From Thalassobaculaceae bacterium (GTDB lineage: Bacteria; Pseudomonadota; Alphaproteobacteria; Thalassobaculales; Thalassobaculaceae): a DNA stretch of 64,000 nt. The position numbers were made by a program, and so were the translations under genes. The stretch covers positions 1,718,616 through 1,782,615 of the forward strand of contig OZ245843.1 of assembly GCA_965228875.1 (NCBI GenBank). Reading direction: 5' to 3'. Of this stretch, positions 49,564 through 59,816 are shown in pieces (the stretch's first letter is position 1; every line of letters begins with the position of its first letter). Below the pieces are notes generated by a model. That model saw only the letters and a program-made list of their open reading frames with translations. It did not search any database and was not told the origin of the DNA.

Positions 49564-50505
49564 TCATTCGACGTTCTGGACCTGCTCACGGAACCGTTCG
49601 ATCCGGGTCTTGAGCTCGACCCCGATGTTGGTGAGCGCCAGATCGACCGCCTTGGAGCACAGGGTATTCGCCTCGCGGTTCAGTTCCTGGCACAGGAAGT
49701 CGAGCTTGCGGCCCACCGCCCCGCCGCCGGCCAGCAGATCGCGGCAGGCATGAACATGGGCCGACAGCCGGTCGGTCTCCTCGCGTACATCCGCCTTCGT
49801 GGCGAGCAGCGCCAGTTCCTGGGCCAGACGCTCCTCCGACACCGGCGGCGACGCCTGGAGCAACAGAGCAAGCTGATCCTGGATCCGTTGGCGGAGTGCG
49901 GCCGGCTGAGCCTCGGCGACGCCGGACGCCTGGACGGTCAGGCCCTCGATCTCGTCGAGATGTCCGAGCAGGACCGTACGCAGCCGCGCGCCCTCGCGCC
50001 GGCGCGCGTCGACCAGCGCGGCAAGCGCCGTATCCAGATCCGCGAGCGCGGCCGGCGCGAGCTGGCCGATCACCTCGGCGTCGGCGGTTCTTTCGACCGT
50101 CTCCACCACACCGCGAACCGCCAGAAGCCGATCCAGACTCGGCGCGGTCGGGAACACCAGCCCCTTGTCCTCCAGGCGCTGCTGGAGCCCCAGCACCGTT
50201 TCGAGAAACGCTTCGTTGACGGCCAGGTCGGGCGCCTCGGATCGGTCGGCGCGCTCCAGCGACCAGTTTACGGTGACCGAGCCCCGGTTCAGCGCCGCCG
50301 AGACCCGCTCGCGGACACCCTGTTCCCAGCTGTCCGCCACCGATGGCAGGCGCATCCGAAGGTCCAACCCTTTCGAATTGACGCTGCGCAGTTCCCAGTT
50401 CCACGACCAGGCGATCCCGACACCGTCCTCGGCTGTCGACGTCGCGCCGCCGTCGATCCGGGCGAAACCGGTCATGCTGGTGACGCGGGCGGTCTGATCG
50501 CTCAC
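49564..50505 (-). CDS. yicC: YicC/YloC family endoribonuclease
   Basis: SMTGF, ELRSVN, DVREETDRL..H, GRKLDFLCQELNREANT.CSK, REQVQNVE. Confidence 0.95.
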   Translation of the reverse strand: MSDQTARVTSMTGFARIDGGATSTAEDGVGIAWSWNWELRSVNSKGLDLRMRLPSVADSWEQGVRERVSAALNRGSVTVNWSLERADRSEAPDLAVNEAFLETVLGLQQRLEDKGLVFPTAPSLDRLLAVRGVVETVERTADAEVIGQLAPAALADLDTALAALVDARRREGARLRTVLLGHLDEIEGLTVQASGVAEAQPAALRQRIQDQLALLLQASPPVSEERLAQELALLATKADVREETDRLSAHVHACRDLLAGGGAVGRKLDFLCQELNREANTLCSKAVDLALTNIGVELKTRIERFREQVQNVE

Positions 50506-50581
50506 GGGATATCCTTTCGCACTCTATGGTCCGGCCGTTATATCGACGGCCGGCCGCAGCGCCAAGCGAGAGGGAGCGACC

Positions 50582-51355
50582 ATGACCCCACCAACCTCGA
50601 TCCTGATCACCGGCGCTTCCAGCGGACTGGGCAGCGCGCTTGCCGAGGCTTACGCCGCGCCCGGCGTGCGGCTGTTCCTCTCGGGACGCAATGCCGACCG
50701 CCTGGCGACCGTGGCCTCGGCGTGCCGCGACCGAGGGGCCGTCTGCGAGACCGGCCTGATCGACGTGCGCGACGCCGAGGCGGCGGCGCGCTGGATCCGG
50801 GAAAGCGACGACGCGGCACCGCTCGACCTGGTGATCGCCAATGCCGGAATCTCCGCCGGCACCGCCGGGAAGGACGGGGCGGAGCCGGCCGATCAGGTCC
50901 GCGCGGTCTTCGCCACCAACGTGGACGGGGTGCTCAACACCATTCTGCCGGCAATCGACCGCATGGAGGAACGTGGCCGCGGGCAGATCGCGCTGGTCTC
51001 CTCGCTCGCCGGCTATCGCGGCATTCCCGGCGCGCCAAGCTACTGCGCGTCGAAAGCGGCCGTGAAGGTGCTCGGCGAGGGATTGCGCGGCAGCCTGCAC
51101 GGCAAGGGGCTGCGCGTCTCGGTTATCTGTCCAGGCTATGTCCGCACGCCCATGACCGCGGTGAACGATTTCCCCATGCCGCTGCTGATGGACGCTGATC
51201 GGGCGGCGCGCATCATCGTGCGCGGCCTGTCCAGAAACCGGGCACGGATCAGCTTCCCCTGGCCGATGGCCGCGGCCGTCTGGCTTCTTCAGACCCTGCC
51301 CCCGGCCTGGATCGACCCCATCCTGCGGCGTCTGCCGCGCAAGGGAGGCGACTGA
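50582..51355 (+). CDS. SDR family oxidoreductase
   Basis: ITGASSGLG, NAG, YCASK. Confidence 0.92.
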   Translation: MTPPTSILITGASSGLGSALAEAYAAPGVRLFLSGRNADRLATVASACRDRGAVCETGLIDVRDAEAAARWIRESDDAAPLDLVIANAGISAGTAGKDGAEPADQVRAVFATNVDGVLNTILPAIDRMEERGRGQIALVSSLAGYRGIPGAPSYCASKAAVKVLGEGLRGSLHGKGLRVSVICPGYVRTPMTAVNDFPMPLLMDADRAARIIVRGLSRNRARISFPWPMAAAVWLLQTLPPAWIDPILRRLPRKGGD

Positions 51356-51363
51356 CCGGCCGG

Positions 51364-52347
51364 CTACTGGCTGCGCTGCTGGCGCTGGACCTTGCGCCAG
51401 GCGCGGACGTTGCGGTTATGCTCCGTCAGGGTGCGGGCGAAGGCATGTCCCCCGGTGCCGTCGGCGACGAAATACAGATACCGGGTCTCCGCCGGGTGCA
51501 GGACGGCGGCGATCGCGGCCTCGCCCGGATTGGCGATCGGGCCCGGCGGCAGAGCGTCGATCACGTAGGTGTTGTATGCCGTCTTCTCACGCAGATCTGC
51601 GCGGGTCAGCGGACGATCCAGCCCCTCGCCGCCGGCGATCCCGTAGGCGACCGTCGGATCGGACTGCAGGCGCATGCCGCGTTTCAGCCGGTTGACGAAG
51701 ACGCTCGCCACAAGGGGCCGCTCCTCGGCGACGCCGGTCTCCTTCTCGACGATTGACGCCAGGATGACCGCCTCCTGCGGCGAGGCGAGCGGCAGGTCCG
51801 GATCGCGCGCCTCCCACAGGCGGGCCACGGTCTCCCGCATCGCGGCGCGCATGCGCTCAAGGATCTCCGTGCGGGAATCGCCCCAGGCATAGTGGTAGGT
51901 CTCGGGTAGCAGCGCCCCCTCCGGCGGCACGTCCTTGATCTCGCCGGCCAGTCCGTCCGCCGCGGCGAGCACGGCGACGATCTGAACACTGGACAGGCCC
52001 TCGGCCACGGTGACCTTGCGGACCACCGTCTCTCCCCGTTCAAGGATATCGAGGGTTTCGCGGGTGCTGATACCCGGCGGAAAGGCGAATTCCCCGGCCT
52101 TGAGCCGACGTGCCTGTCCGGTCACCTTGGCGCCGATGGCGAAAATGTTCGCATCGGCCACCACGCCGGCCTCGACAAGGCGCCGGGCGATGGCCTCGAC
52201 CCCGGCGCCGCGGGGAATGACGACCGACGTCTGAATATCCAGCGAGCCGGGACGGGTGAAAGCACTCCACCCCCAGGCGGCGGCGAAACCGGCGATGACC
52301 GCCGCCGACAGCAGCAGGGACGCCAGACGGAGCAGCCAGCGCCCCAT
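51364..52347 (-). CDS. mltG: Endolytic transglycosylase MltG
   Basis: N-terminal TM; ASIVEKET, NRL..GMRLQSDPT, YNTY..LPPGPI.NPG, YFVADG. Confidence 0.96.
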   Translation of the reverse strand: MGRWLLRLASLLLSAAVIAGFAAAWGWSAFTRPGSLDIQTSVVIPRGAGVEAIARRLVEAGVVADANIFAIGAKVTGQARRLKAGEFAFPPGISTRETLDILERGETVVRKVTVAEGLSSVQIVAVLAAADGLAGEIKDVPPEGALLPETYHYAWGDSRTEILERMRAAMRETVARLWEARDPDLPLASPQEAVILASIVEKETGVAEERPLVASVFVNRLKRGMRLQSDPTVAYGIAGGEGLDRPLTRADLREKTAYNTYVIDALPPGPIANPGEAAIAAVLHPAETRYLYFVADGTGGHAFARTLTEHNRNVRAWRKVQRQQRSQ

Positions 52348-52362
52348 CGCCGCGCCCGCCGG

Positions 52363-53628
52363 TCAGTCGACCTGGGAGAAGATCAGGGCGGCGTTGGTCC
52401 CGCCGAAGCCGAACGAATTCGACAGCGCGTGGCGCACCTGACGCTCGCGTGCCTGATTCGCGACGAGATCGATTCCGTCGATCCCCTCGGACGGATTATG
52501 CAGGTTCAGCGTCGGCGGCACCGCCTGGTCGCGGATCGCCAGGATCGAATAGATCGCCTCGACCGCGCCGGCGGCGCCCAGCAGGTGGCCGATCGCCGAC
52601 TTGGTCGATGACATGGATACGTTGGCAGCGGCGTTGCCGAAGAGGCGTTTCACCGCACCGAACTCGATCGCGTCGCCAAGCGGCGTCGAGGTGCCGTGCG
52701 CATTGATGTAGTCGATATTCTCGACAGAGAGCTGCGCCCGCTTCAACGCGGCCTTCATCGCCCGGAAACCGCCATCGCCATCGTCGGCCGGAGCCGTGAT
52801 GTGATGCGCGTCGCCGGACAGGCCGTAGCCGGTGACCTCGGCGTAGATCGTCGCGCCGCGCTTCTTGGCGTGCTCGTACTCCTCCAGAACGAGAACGCCG
52901 GAGCCCTCGCCCATGATGAAGCCGTCGCGGCCTTCATCCCAGGGACGCGACGCCTCCTCGGGCGTGTCGTTGTAGCCGGTGGACAGCGCACGGGCGGCCG
53001 CGAAACCGGCCACACCCAAGCGGGAGATGGCCGCCTCGGCCCCGCCGGCGACCATGACGTCGGCATCGTCCAGCGCAATCAGGCGCGCCGCATCGCCGAT
53101 GGCATGCGCGCCGGTGGCGCATGCGGTGACCGCCGAGTGGTTCGGCCCCTTGAAGCCGTATTTGATCGAGACGTGGCCGGAGACCAGGTTGATCAGGGCA
53201 GAGGGAATGAAGAACGGGCTGATGCGCCGCGGACCGCGTTCCTGAAGCAGGATCGCGGCGTCGGCGATCGTGTTCAGGCCGCCGATCCCCGAGCCGATCA
53301 TCACACCGGTGCGCTCCTGGCCCTCGGCGTCGGTCGGCAACCAGCCGGAATCCTCGACCGCCTGCTGGGCGGCTACCAGGCCCAACAGAATGAACCGGTC
53401 GATCTTGCGCTGTTCCTTGGGCTCGATCCACTCGGACGGATCGAACCCGCCCTCGTCCTTCGAGCCTGCCGGTACCCCGCCGGCGATCTTCGCCGGAAGG
53501 TCCGACACATCGAAGGTATCGATTGCCCGGATGCCGGATTTCCCGGCCATCAGACGGTCCCAGTTGGCTTTCACACCGCATCCGAGCGGACTGACCATCC
53601 CGAGACCGGTGACGACGACGCGTCGCAT
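52363..53628 (-). CDS. fabF: Beta-ketoacyl-ACP synthase II
   Basis: MRRVVVTGLG, TACATG, NAHGTST, GHLLGAAG, NSFGFGG; alternative start at 53640. Confidence 0.97.
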   Translation of the reverse strand: MRRVVVTGLGMVSPLGCGVKANWDRLMAGKSGIRAIDTFDVSDLPAKIAGGVPAGSKDEGGFDPSEWIEPKEQRKIDRFILLGLVAAQQAVEDSGWLPTDAEGQERTGVMIGSGIGGLNTIADAAILLQERGPRRISPFFIPSALINLVSGHVSIKYGFKGPNHSAVTACATGAHAIGDAARLIALDDADVMVAGGAEAAISRLGVAGFAAARALSTGYNDTPEEASRPWDEGRDGFIMGEGSGVLVLEEYEHAKKRGATIYAEVTGYGLSGDAHHITAPADDGDGGFRAMKAALKRAQLSVENIDYINAHGTSTPLGDAIEFGAVKRLFGNAAANVSMSSTKSAIGHLLGAAGAVEAIYSILAIRDQAVPPTLNLHNPSEGIDGIDLVANQARERQVRHALSNSFGFGGTNAALIFSQVD

Positions 53629-53692
53629 GACGTCACTCATTTCCAGCTGCACGAAGCGAGACGGCGCCGGAGCCTGGGCTCCGGCGGGCGAC

Positions 53693-53929
53693 TCAGCCTT
53701 CCTGGCTCTTGATGAAGTCGATCGCGTCCTTGACGGTCAGGATCTTCTCGGCCGCGTCGTCGGGGATCTCGCAGGAGAACTCCTCCTCGAACGCCATCAC
53801 GAGCTCGACGGTGTCGAGGCTGTCCGCCCCCAGATCGTCGATGAAGCTGGCGTCCTCGGTCACCTTGGCCTCGTCGACACCAAGATGCTCGACGACGATC
53901 TTCTTAACGCGCTCGGCAACGTCACTCAT
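53693..53929 (-). CDS. acpP: Acyl carrier protein
   Basis: [20 protein letters not shown]. Confidence 0.98.
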   Translation of the reverse strand: MSDVAERVKKIVVEHLGVDEAKVTEDASFIDDLGADSLDTVELVMAFEEEFSCEIPDDAAEKILTVKDAIDFIKSQEG

Positions 53930-54102
53930 GGTCCTGAACCTCTGATCTCTCTCTCGATTGCGGGCGCTGTCGCTGCCCGATTTTCACGGCCCGCCCGCAT
54001 TCCGGCGAACCCGCGATATTTGGATCGGCGGGCTGTAACACAAGTCTTTTGACAAGACCAGCACGCCCGGCCGCATTCGCGGTCGTCACCGACCGTCGGC
54101 CC

Positions 54103-54843
54103 TCAAAGCATAGCCATACCGCCGTTGACGTGGATCGTCGCGCCTGTGACATAGGCCGCCTCGTCGCTGGCGAGGTAGAGAACCGCCGCCGCGATGTCCT
54201 CCGGCGTGCCGAGTCGGCCCGCCGGCACCCCCTCCAGGAGCTTCTCCTTCTGGGCGTCGGGCAGCGCGTCGGTCATCGCCGTGGCGATGAAGCCCGGCGC
54301 GACGACGTTGACGGTGATGCCGCGGTTCGCCACCTCGGCGGCGAGCGCCTTGGAGAAGCCCACCATCCCGGCCTTGGCGGCGGCGTAGTTCGCCTGCCCC
54401 GGGTTGCCGGTGGCGCCGACGATCGACGAGATGCCCACGATGCGGCCCCAGCGCCGCTTCATCATGCCCCGAACCAGCGCCCGCGAAAGCCTGAAGCCGG
54501 ACGTCAGATTGACCGCGATCACCTGATCCCAGTCGTCGTCCTTCATCCGCATGAGAAGCTGGTCGCGGGTGATGCCGGCGTTGTTCACCAGGATATCGAC
54601 CGGCGCGCCGGCGGCCTCCTCGGCCGCCTTGGGCAGCGCCTCGACCGCCTCCGCGTCGCCGAGGTTGCAGGCCGCGACCGAGACCCGCTCGCCGAGGGCG
54701 GCGGCCTTCTCCTCCAGCACCGCCTCGCGGGTGCCGGACAGGACCACATGGGCGCCCTGGGCGTGCAGCATGCCGGCGATGGCGGCGCCGATGCCCCCGG
54801 TCGCTCCGGTCACCAGGGCGGTCTTGCCACTCAGGTCGAACAT
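54103..54843 (-). CDS. fabG: 3-oxoacyl-ACP reductase
   Basis: TGATGGIG, NNAGITRD, NYAAAKAG; located between fabD and acpP. Confidence 0.96.
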   Translation of the reverse strand: MFDLSGKTALVTGATGGIGAAIAGMLHAQGAHVVLSGTREAVLEEKAAALGERVSVAACNLGDAEAVEALPKAAEEAAGAPVDILVNNAGITRDQLLMRMKDDDWDQVIAVNLTSGFRLSRALVRGMMKRRWGRIVGISSIVGATGNPGQANYAAAKAGMVGFSKALAAEVANRGITVNVVAPGFIATAMTDALPDAQKEKLLEGVPAGRLGTPEDIAAAVLYLASDEAAYVTGATIHVNGGMAML

Positions 54844-54874
54844 CTTTCCTCCCCGTTCCCTCGCACCGCCGCCG

Positions 54875-55837
54875 TCAGATCGCGGCGACGAAGCCGGCGA
54901 CATCGGCCGGCGTATTGATGGCATGGGCATCGATCGACTTGTCGATGCGCTTGACGATACCGGACAGCACCTTGCCGGCCCCGACCTCTCCGACCGTCGT
55001 CACACCGAGACCGGCGAAGCTCTCCACCGTCTCGCGCCAGCGTACCCGACCGGTCACCTGTTCGACCAGTTGCTGACGGATGGCGTCGCGGTCGCTCGAC
55101 GGCGCGGCGGTGACGTTGGCGATCAGCGGCACCAGCGGCGACCGCAGGTCGGTGCCGGCCAGGGCGTCCGCCATGACGTCGGCGGCGGGCGCCATCAGAG
55201 AGCAGTGGAACGGCGCGCTCACCGGCAGCTTCAGCGCCCGCCGGACCCCGTGCTCGCCGGCGATCGCCACCACCCGGTCGATCGCGCCGGCATGCCCAGA
55301 GAGCACCACCTGGCCGCCGCCGTTGTCGTTGGCGATATCGCAGATCTCCTCGCCTTCCGGACCCGGGCGGGCCGCGGCGGCGATCGTCTCGGCGGTCTCC
55401 AGGTCGGCGCCGATGAGCGCGGCCATCGCGCCCTCGCCCACCGGAACGGCCTTCTGCATCGCCTCGCCGCGCAGCCGCAGGAGCCGGGCCGCCGTGGCGA
55501 TGTCCAGCGCGCCGGCCGCGGCCAGGGCCGAGTACTCGCCGAGCGAATGGCCGGCGACGACATCGCAGATCTCGTCGATGGTCTTGCCGCTCTCGGCCTC
55601 GATCGCCCGCATCGCGGCGAGGCTGACGGCCATCAGCGCCGGCTGGGCATTCGCCGTCAGCGTCAGCCGGTCCTCCGGGCCTTCGAAGATCAGCGTCGAG
55701 AACGGCTCGCCCAGAGCATCATCGATCTGCTCGAAGACCTGGGCGGCGGCGGGATAGGCGTCGGCCAGATCCTTGCCCATGCCGACGGTCTGGCTGCCCT
55801 GGCCCGGAAAGACGAGTGCCCGCGCGGTGCCCGCCAT
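54875..55837 (-). CDS. fabD: Malonyl-CoA:ACP transacylase
   Basis: FPGQGSQ, GHSLGEY, VSAPFHC. Confidence 0.97.
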   Translation of the reverse strand: MAGTARALVFPGQGSQTVGMGKDLADAYPAAAQVFEQIDDALGEPFSTLIFEGPEDRLTLTANAQPALMAVSLAAMRAIEAESGKTIDEICDVVAGHSLGEYSALAAAGALDIATAARLLRLRGEAMQKAVPVGEGAMAALIGADLETAETIAAAARPGPEGEEICDIANDNGGGQVVLSGHAGAIDRVVAIAGEHGVRRALKLPVSAPFHCSLMAPAADVMADALAGTDLRSPLVPLIANVTAAPSSDRDAIRQQLVEQVTGRVRWRETVESFAGLGVTTVGEVGAGKVLSGIVKRIDKSIDAHAINTPADVAGFVAAI

Positions 55838-55988
55838 GGTGTTCCCTCCCTTTGGTTCCCGCCCCTGTGACGGGCCCTATGGTTCCCGCTCCGGCGACGG
55901 AGCGGCCGCGACATTCCGTCCGCCGCGGCGCGGCGTCGTTTGCGACGGACAGGCCGGCTTGTCAAGGCGCGGCCGGCCCGCTCGCACC

Positions 55989-56960
55989 CTACCAACTGCC
56001 GACGATGAGGGGATCCGGCGCCTTGGCCGCCCGTCGATCCTTGCCCGGATAGTCGAGAGCGTTGACGAAATGGCGCAGCACGTTAATGCGGGCGCGTTTC
56101 TTGTCCGAGGACTTGATGATGGTCCACGGCGCGTCGGCCGTATGGGTATGAAAGAACATCGCTTCCTTGGCCGCGGTGTATTCATCCCAGCGCTTCGCCG
56201 ACTCCCGGTCGATGGGCGACAGCTTCCAGCGCTTCAGTGGATTGCGCTCGCGGCCGCGCAGGCGCTTGGCCTGCTCCTCCTGGTTCACGGAGAACCAGTA
56301 CTTGAACAGCCGTATGCCCGAGCGCGTCCACATCCGTTCGAGTTCGGGCGCCTCCAGGAGGAACTCCCGATACTCCTCCTCGCCGCAGAACCCCATGACC
56401 CGCTCGACGCCGGCCCGATTGTACCAGGACCGGTCGAACAGGACGATCTCGCCCTCCGTCGGCAGATGGGCGATGTAGCGCTGGAAATACCATTGCCCCC
56501 GCTCCCGGTCGCTCGGCTTCTCGAGGGCGACGACGCGGGCGCCGCGCGGGTTCATGTTCTCCATGAAGCGTCGGATCGCTCCGCCCTTGCCGGCGGCGTC
56601 CCGCCCCTCGAACACGATGACGATGCGCTGGCCCGTGTCCTTGACCCAACGCTGCACCTTCAGCAGTTCGATCTGCAGCGCGCGCTTCTGCTTCTCATAG
56701 GTCTCGCGCTCCATCTCGGCCTTGTAGGGGAAGTCACCGCTCTCGAAGAGATGGCGCAGGACCGCCGGGTCGTGCCGCATCTCGGCCTGCTCGTGCCGGG
56801 CCCTGGCGCTCGCCAGCACGCCCGGATTGGGCCGACCGCCGCCCGCGGACGTCCTGATCCCGGCCCCCTGCGGGGTCTCCTGTGGAACCTCTCGCGGGTC
56901 CTCCTTTAGGTCCTCCTGTGGGCCGCCTGCCGACTTCTCCCTGGACTTCGCCTTCGCCAT
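55989..56960 (-). CDS. ppk2: Polyphosphate kinase 2
   Basis: EGRDAAGKGG, WYFQRY, FDRSWYNRAGVE, WKLSPID. Confidence 0.95.
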   Translation of the reverse strand: MAKAKSREKSAGGPQEDLKEDPREVPQETPQGAGIRTSAGGGRPNPGVLASARARHEQAEMRHDPAVLRHLFESGDFPYKAEMERETYEKQKRALQIELLKVQRWVKDTGQRIVIVFEGRDAAGKGGAIRRFMENMNPRGARVVALEKPSDRERGQWYFQRYIAHLPTEGEIVLFDRSWYNRAGVERVMGFCGEEEYREFLLEAPELERMWTRSGIRLFKYWFSVNQEEQAKRLRGRERNPLKRWKLSPIDRESAKRWDEYTAAKEAMFFHTHTADAPWTIIKSSDKKRARINVLRHFVNALDYPGKDRRAAKAPDPLIVGSW

Positions 56961-57167
56961 GGATCCTCCCTGCGCCGAATTCGCGACAGCATACCACCCC
57001 CGGAAAACCCTTGCGCACGGCGGAATTCTGCGTATGGTGCGCGCTCTTCCGGGCGCGGGTGCGTCCGGTCACCATAGCTCCTTGCCGCATCGTGCCGGTT
57101 TCAACGTGTCGGTGCGGCTTTGCCCGCGGGGTGATGCCCAGGGCGTAACATCCACAAGGAGTGCGCG

Positions 57168-57632
57168 ATGCCGTACTACGAGAGCGTGTTCATCGCACGC
57201 CAGGACGTCTCGTCCACCCAGGTCGAGCAGCTGGGCGACCAGTTCGCGGAAGTCGTCGCCGGTCTCGGCGGCGAGGTCAAGAAGCGCGAATACTGGGGCC
57301 TTCGCAACCTTGCCTACAAGGTGAACAAGAACCGCAAGGGCCACTACGTGCTCTTCAATCTCGACGCGCCGTCCGCGGCCGTGACCGAGATGGAACGCCT
57401 GATGCGTCTGAACGAAGACGTGCTGCGCTACATGACCATCCGCATCGACGAGATCGAGGAAGGTCCGTCGATCATGATGCAGGCCAAGTCCGATCGCGAC
57501 CGCGGCCGTGGCGACCGCCGGGACCGGGGCGATCGCGGAGACCGTCGCGACCGTGACGATCGCCGTGACCGTGACGACCGTCGGGACCGCGACGGATCGA
57601 ACCGTGACGGTGCCAGCAAGGGAGCCGAGTGA
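57168..57632 (+). CDS. rpsF: 30S ribosomal protein S6 with RD-rich tail
   Basis: [32 protein letters not shown]. Confidence 0.97.
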   Translation: MPYYESVFIARQDVSSTQVEQLGDQFAEVVAGLGGEVKKREYWGLRNLAYKVNKNRKGHYVLFNLDAPSAAVTEMERLMRLNEDVLRYMTIRIDEIEEGPSIMMQAKSDRDRGRGDRRDRGDRGDRRDRDDRRDRDDRRDRDGSNRDGASKGAE

Positions 57633-57886
57633 TGAGCCAGTTGCAGATCGCCCGCGCGGCCGTGCGCAAGCCGTTCATGCGCCGCCGCAAGTCCTGCCCG
57701 TTCTCCGGCGCCAATGCGCCGAAGATCGACTACAAGGACACCAAGCTGCTGTCTCGCTTCATCTCCGAGCGCGGCAAGATCGTGCCGAGCCGGATCACCG
57801 CGGTCTCGGCCAAGAAGCAGCGTGAACTCGCCCGCGCGATCAAGCGCGCGCGCAATCTCGCGCTTCTGCCGTTCGTGGTGAGCTGA
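57632..57886 (+). CDS. rpsR: 30S ribosomal protein S18
   Basis: [37 protein letters not shown]. Confidence 0.97.
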   Translation: MSQLQIARAAVRKPFMRRRKSCPFSGANAPKIDYKDTKLLSRFISERGKIVPSRITAVSAKKQRELARAIKRARNLALLPFVVS

Positions 57887-57931
57887 CCCCCGGCAGTCCG
57901 CGGACGAGCGTCGGCACGAAGATGGCTCCTC

Positions 57932-58858
57932 ATGACCAACGGATGGCTTCTGGTCGGGATCACAGCGGCGGCGAGCGCGCTCATGACGTTCGCCGTCTAC
58001 GCTGCGCCTGCGGGCGGAGCGCTGCTGACGGTCATGGCCTCCCTGCCGTTGTTCCTGGTGGGGTTGTCGCGCGGTTCGTTCTTCTCGGTGGCATCGGGGA
58101 TCGCGGCCTTCGCCGCCCTGGTGCCGTCGCTGGGAGCGGACGCGGCCGCCTACTACGCGGTGGTCAACGCCATCCCGGCCTGCCTGCTGGTCTGGCAGGC
58201 GGAGCGGACGGCCAGCGATCCCACGCGGCTCACGCTGACGCTGACCGGCTACGCCTGTCTGCCGATCGTTGTCGCGGCTCTGTTCTTCTCCTCGCGCGCG
58301 GGGGGATTGCAGGGAACGATCGTAGACCGGCTGCAGGAGATGCGCGACGCGCTGCTGGCGACGCCGTTGTTCGAGCAGTCGGGTCCCGTGGATCCGTCCG
58401 AGTTCGACGCGCTGATCTCGGCCATGGCCGCCCTGTTTCCGGCGATGGCCGCGGGAAGCTGGCTGGTACTGATCGCGATCAATGCGGCCCTGGCGCAGGG
58501 AGTGCTGCGGCGCCTGGACCGGGCGGCGCTGTCGACGCCCGACATTGCCCGACTGCGGTTGCCGCGGTGGATGGCGTTCGCACTGGCCGGGTCGCTGCTG
58601 CTGACCAACCTGGACGGCGGGCTCGGATACGTCGGGATGAATCTCGCGCCGGTCATCCTGCTCGCCTACCTGTTTTCCGGGCTGGGCGTGGTGCACGCGC
58701 TGGTGCGCCGGCTCAGCGGCGGGGCGATGTGGCTGGCGGCGCTGTATGTGCTGCTGTTCGTGTTCGGTTGGCCGGCGGCGATCGTCGTCCTGCTGGGCAT
58801 GCTGGACGCGGTGTTCGATTTTCGCCGTCGCGCGGGGGTTCCGCCTGACGACGAGTGA
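57932..58858 (+). CDS. DUF2232/YybS-like membrane protein
   Basis: Polytopic hydrophobic ORF in the usual rpsR-rplI position; C-terminal [11 protein letters not shown]. Confidence 0.85.
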   Translation: MTNGWLLVGITAAASALMTFAVYAAPAGGALLTVMASLPLFLVGLSRGSFFSVASGIAAFAALVPSLGADAAAYYAVVNAIPACLLVWQAERTASDPTRLTLTLTGYACLPIVVAALFFSSRAGGLQGTIVDRLQEMRDALLATPLFEQSGPVDPSEFDALISAMAALFPAMAAGSWLVLIAINAALAQGVLRRLDRAALSTPDIARLRLPRWMAFALAGSLLLTNLDGGLGYVGMNLAPVILLAYLFSGLGVVHALVRRLSGGAMWLAALYVLLFVFGWPAAIVVLLGMLDAVFDFRRRAGVPPDDE

Positions 58859-58947
58859 CTGATGCGCGGTCGCCTCGGCGCCGCCCTTTGAGGAAATCCG
58901 GACAAGGATCCGGGGGGCGAAGGCCCGCAAGAGAAGGAGTGAGGACG

Positions 58948-59550
58948 ATGGAAGTCATCCTGCTGGAACGGATCGAGAGCCTCGGCCAGATGGGCGACGT
59001 GGTTTCGGTCAAGCCGGGCTACGCCCGCAACTTCCTGCTGCCGCAGAAGAAGGCGCTGCGCGCGACGGACGGTAACCGCAAGGTGTTCGAGGAACGGCGG
59101 ACCCAGCTCGAGGCCGAGAACCTGGAGCGCAAGTCCGAGGCGGAGCAGGTCGCCAAGACCCTGGACGGCCTGTCGGTGGTGCTGGTGCGCGCCGCCGGCG
59201 AGAGCGGCCAGCTCTACGGTTCGGTCTCGGCGCGCGACATCGCCGATGCGGTGACCGAGGCCGGCGTGACCGTCGGCCGCGGCCAGGTCAAGCTGGACAA
59301 GGCGCTGAAGGCCCTCGGCCTGGAGCCGGTCCGCATCCAGCTGCACCCGGAGGTCGCGGTGAACGTCACCGTGAACATCGCCCGCTCCCAGGACGAGGCG
59401 GAGACCCAGGCCCGGCTCGGCCGCGCGCTCGACCGCGGTCTTCTGGAAGAGCAGGAGGCCGCCGAGGACGCCGCACTCGAAGCCGAGGAGGCCGAAGCCG
59501 AGGCCAGTGCCGACGACGCGGCGAGCGAGGAGGAGAAGGCCGAGGCCTGA
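58948..59550 (+). CDS. rplI: 50S ribosomal protein L9
   Basis: [31 protein letters not shown]; acidic tail. Confidence 0.97.
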   Translation: MEVILLERIESLGQMGDVVSVKPGYARNFLLPQKKALRATDGNRKVFEERRTQLEAENLERKSEAEQVAKTLDGLSVVLVRAAGESGQLYGSVSARDIADAVTEAGVTVGRGQVKLDKALKALGLEPVRIQLHPEVAVNVTVNIARSQDEAETQARLGRALDRGLLEEQEAAEDAALEAEEAEAEASADDAASEEEKAEA

Positions 59551-59577
59551 TCCCCACCGCCTGCGAGACGTATCGAG

Positions 59578-59606
59578 GGGCCGCCGTCTGGCGGCCCTTT
59601 TCTTTG
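59578..59606 (+). terminator. Intrinsic terminator of the rpsF-rplI operon
   Basis: GGGCCGCC-gtct-GGCGGCCC followed by TTTTCTTT. Confidence 0.8.
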
Positions 59607-59676
59607 CCGCTTTTGGCGGCCGCGATACCGGCGGATCGCGCGTCCGATCGATGGCACGGGTTAGAGCGCGATCGGT

Positions 59677-59810
59677 TCAGATCGACTCCAGCGCCACCTT
59701 CGCCTTGAAATCAGCGCCGTAGCGCCTGCGCGTGATTTCGCCCATCGAATCCCGTCCTTCTCATTGACGGGAGTAGCTCGACCACCTGTCCGGACATCTG
59801 GGACCACGTC
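59677..59810 (-). mobile_element. IS3-family remnant (left end plus truncated OrfA)
   Basis: Minus-strand 59745..59677 reads MGEITRRRYGADFKAKVALESI*, resembling an IS3 OrfA N-terminus; GAAGGA RBS-like; upstream GTGGTCCCAGATGTCCGGACA resembles an IS3-type inverted repeat. Confidence 0.65.
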
Positions 59811-59816
59811 TGTCAC

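Noticed and set aside
57070..57167. Possible S6:S18 ribosomal leader RNA
   Set aside because: Position fits and a stem is plausible, but I could not confirm the structure by eye; needs an Rfam scan
57490..57612. Tandem GACCGTGAC-like repeats
   Set aside because: Encode the RD/G-rich C-terminal tail of S6, common in Alphaproteobacteria; no spacers, so not CRISPR
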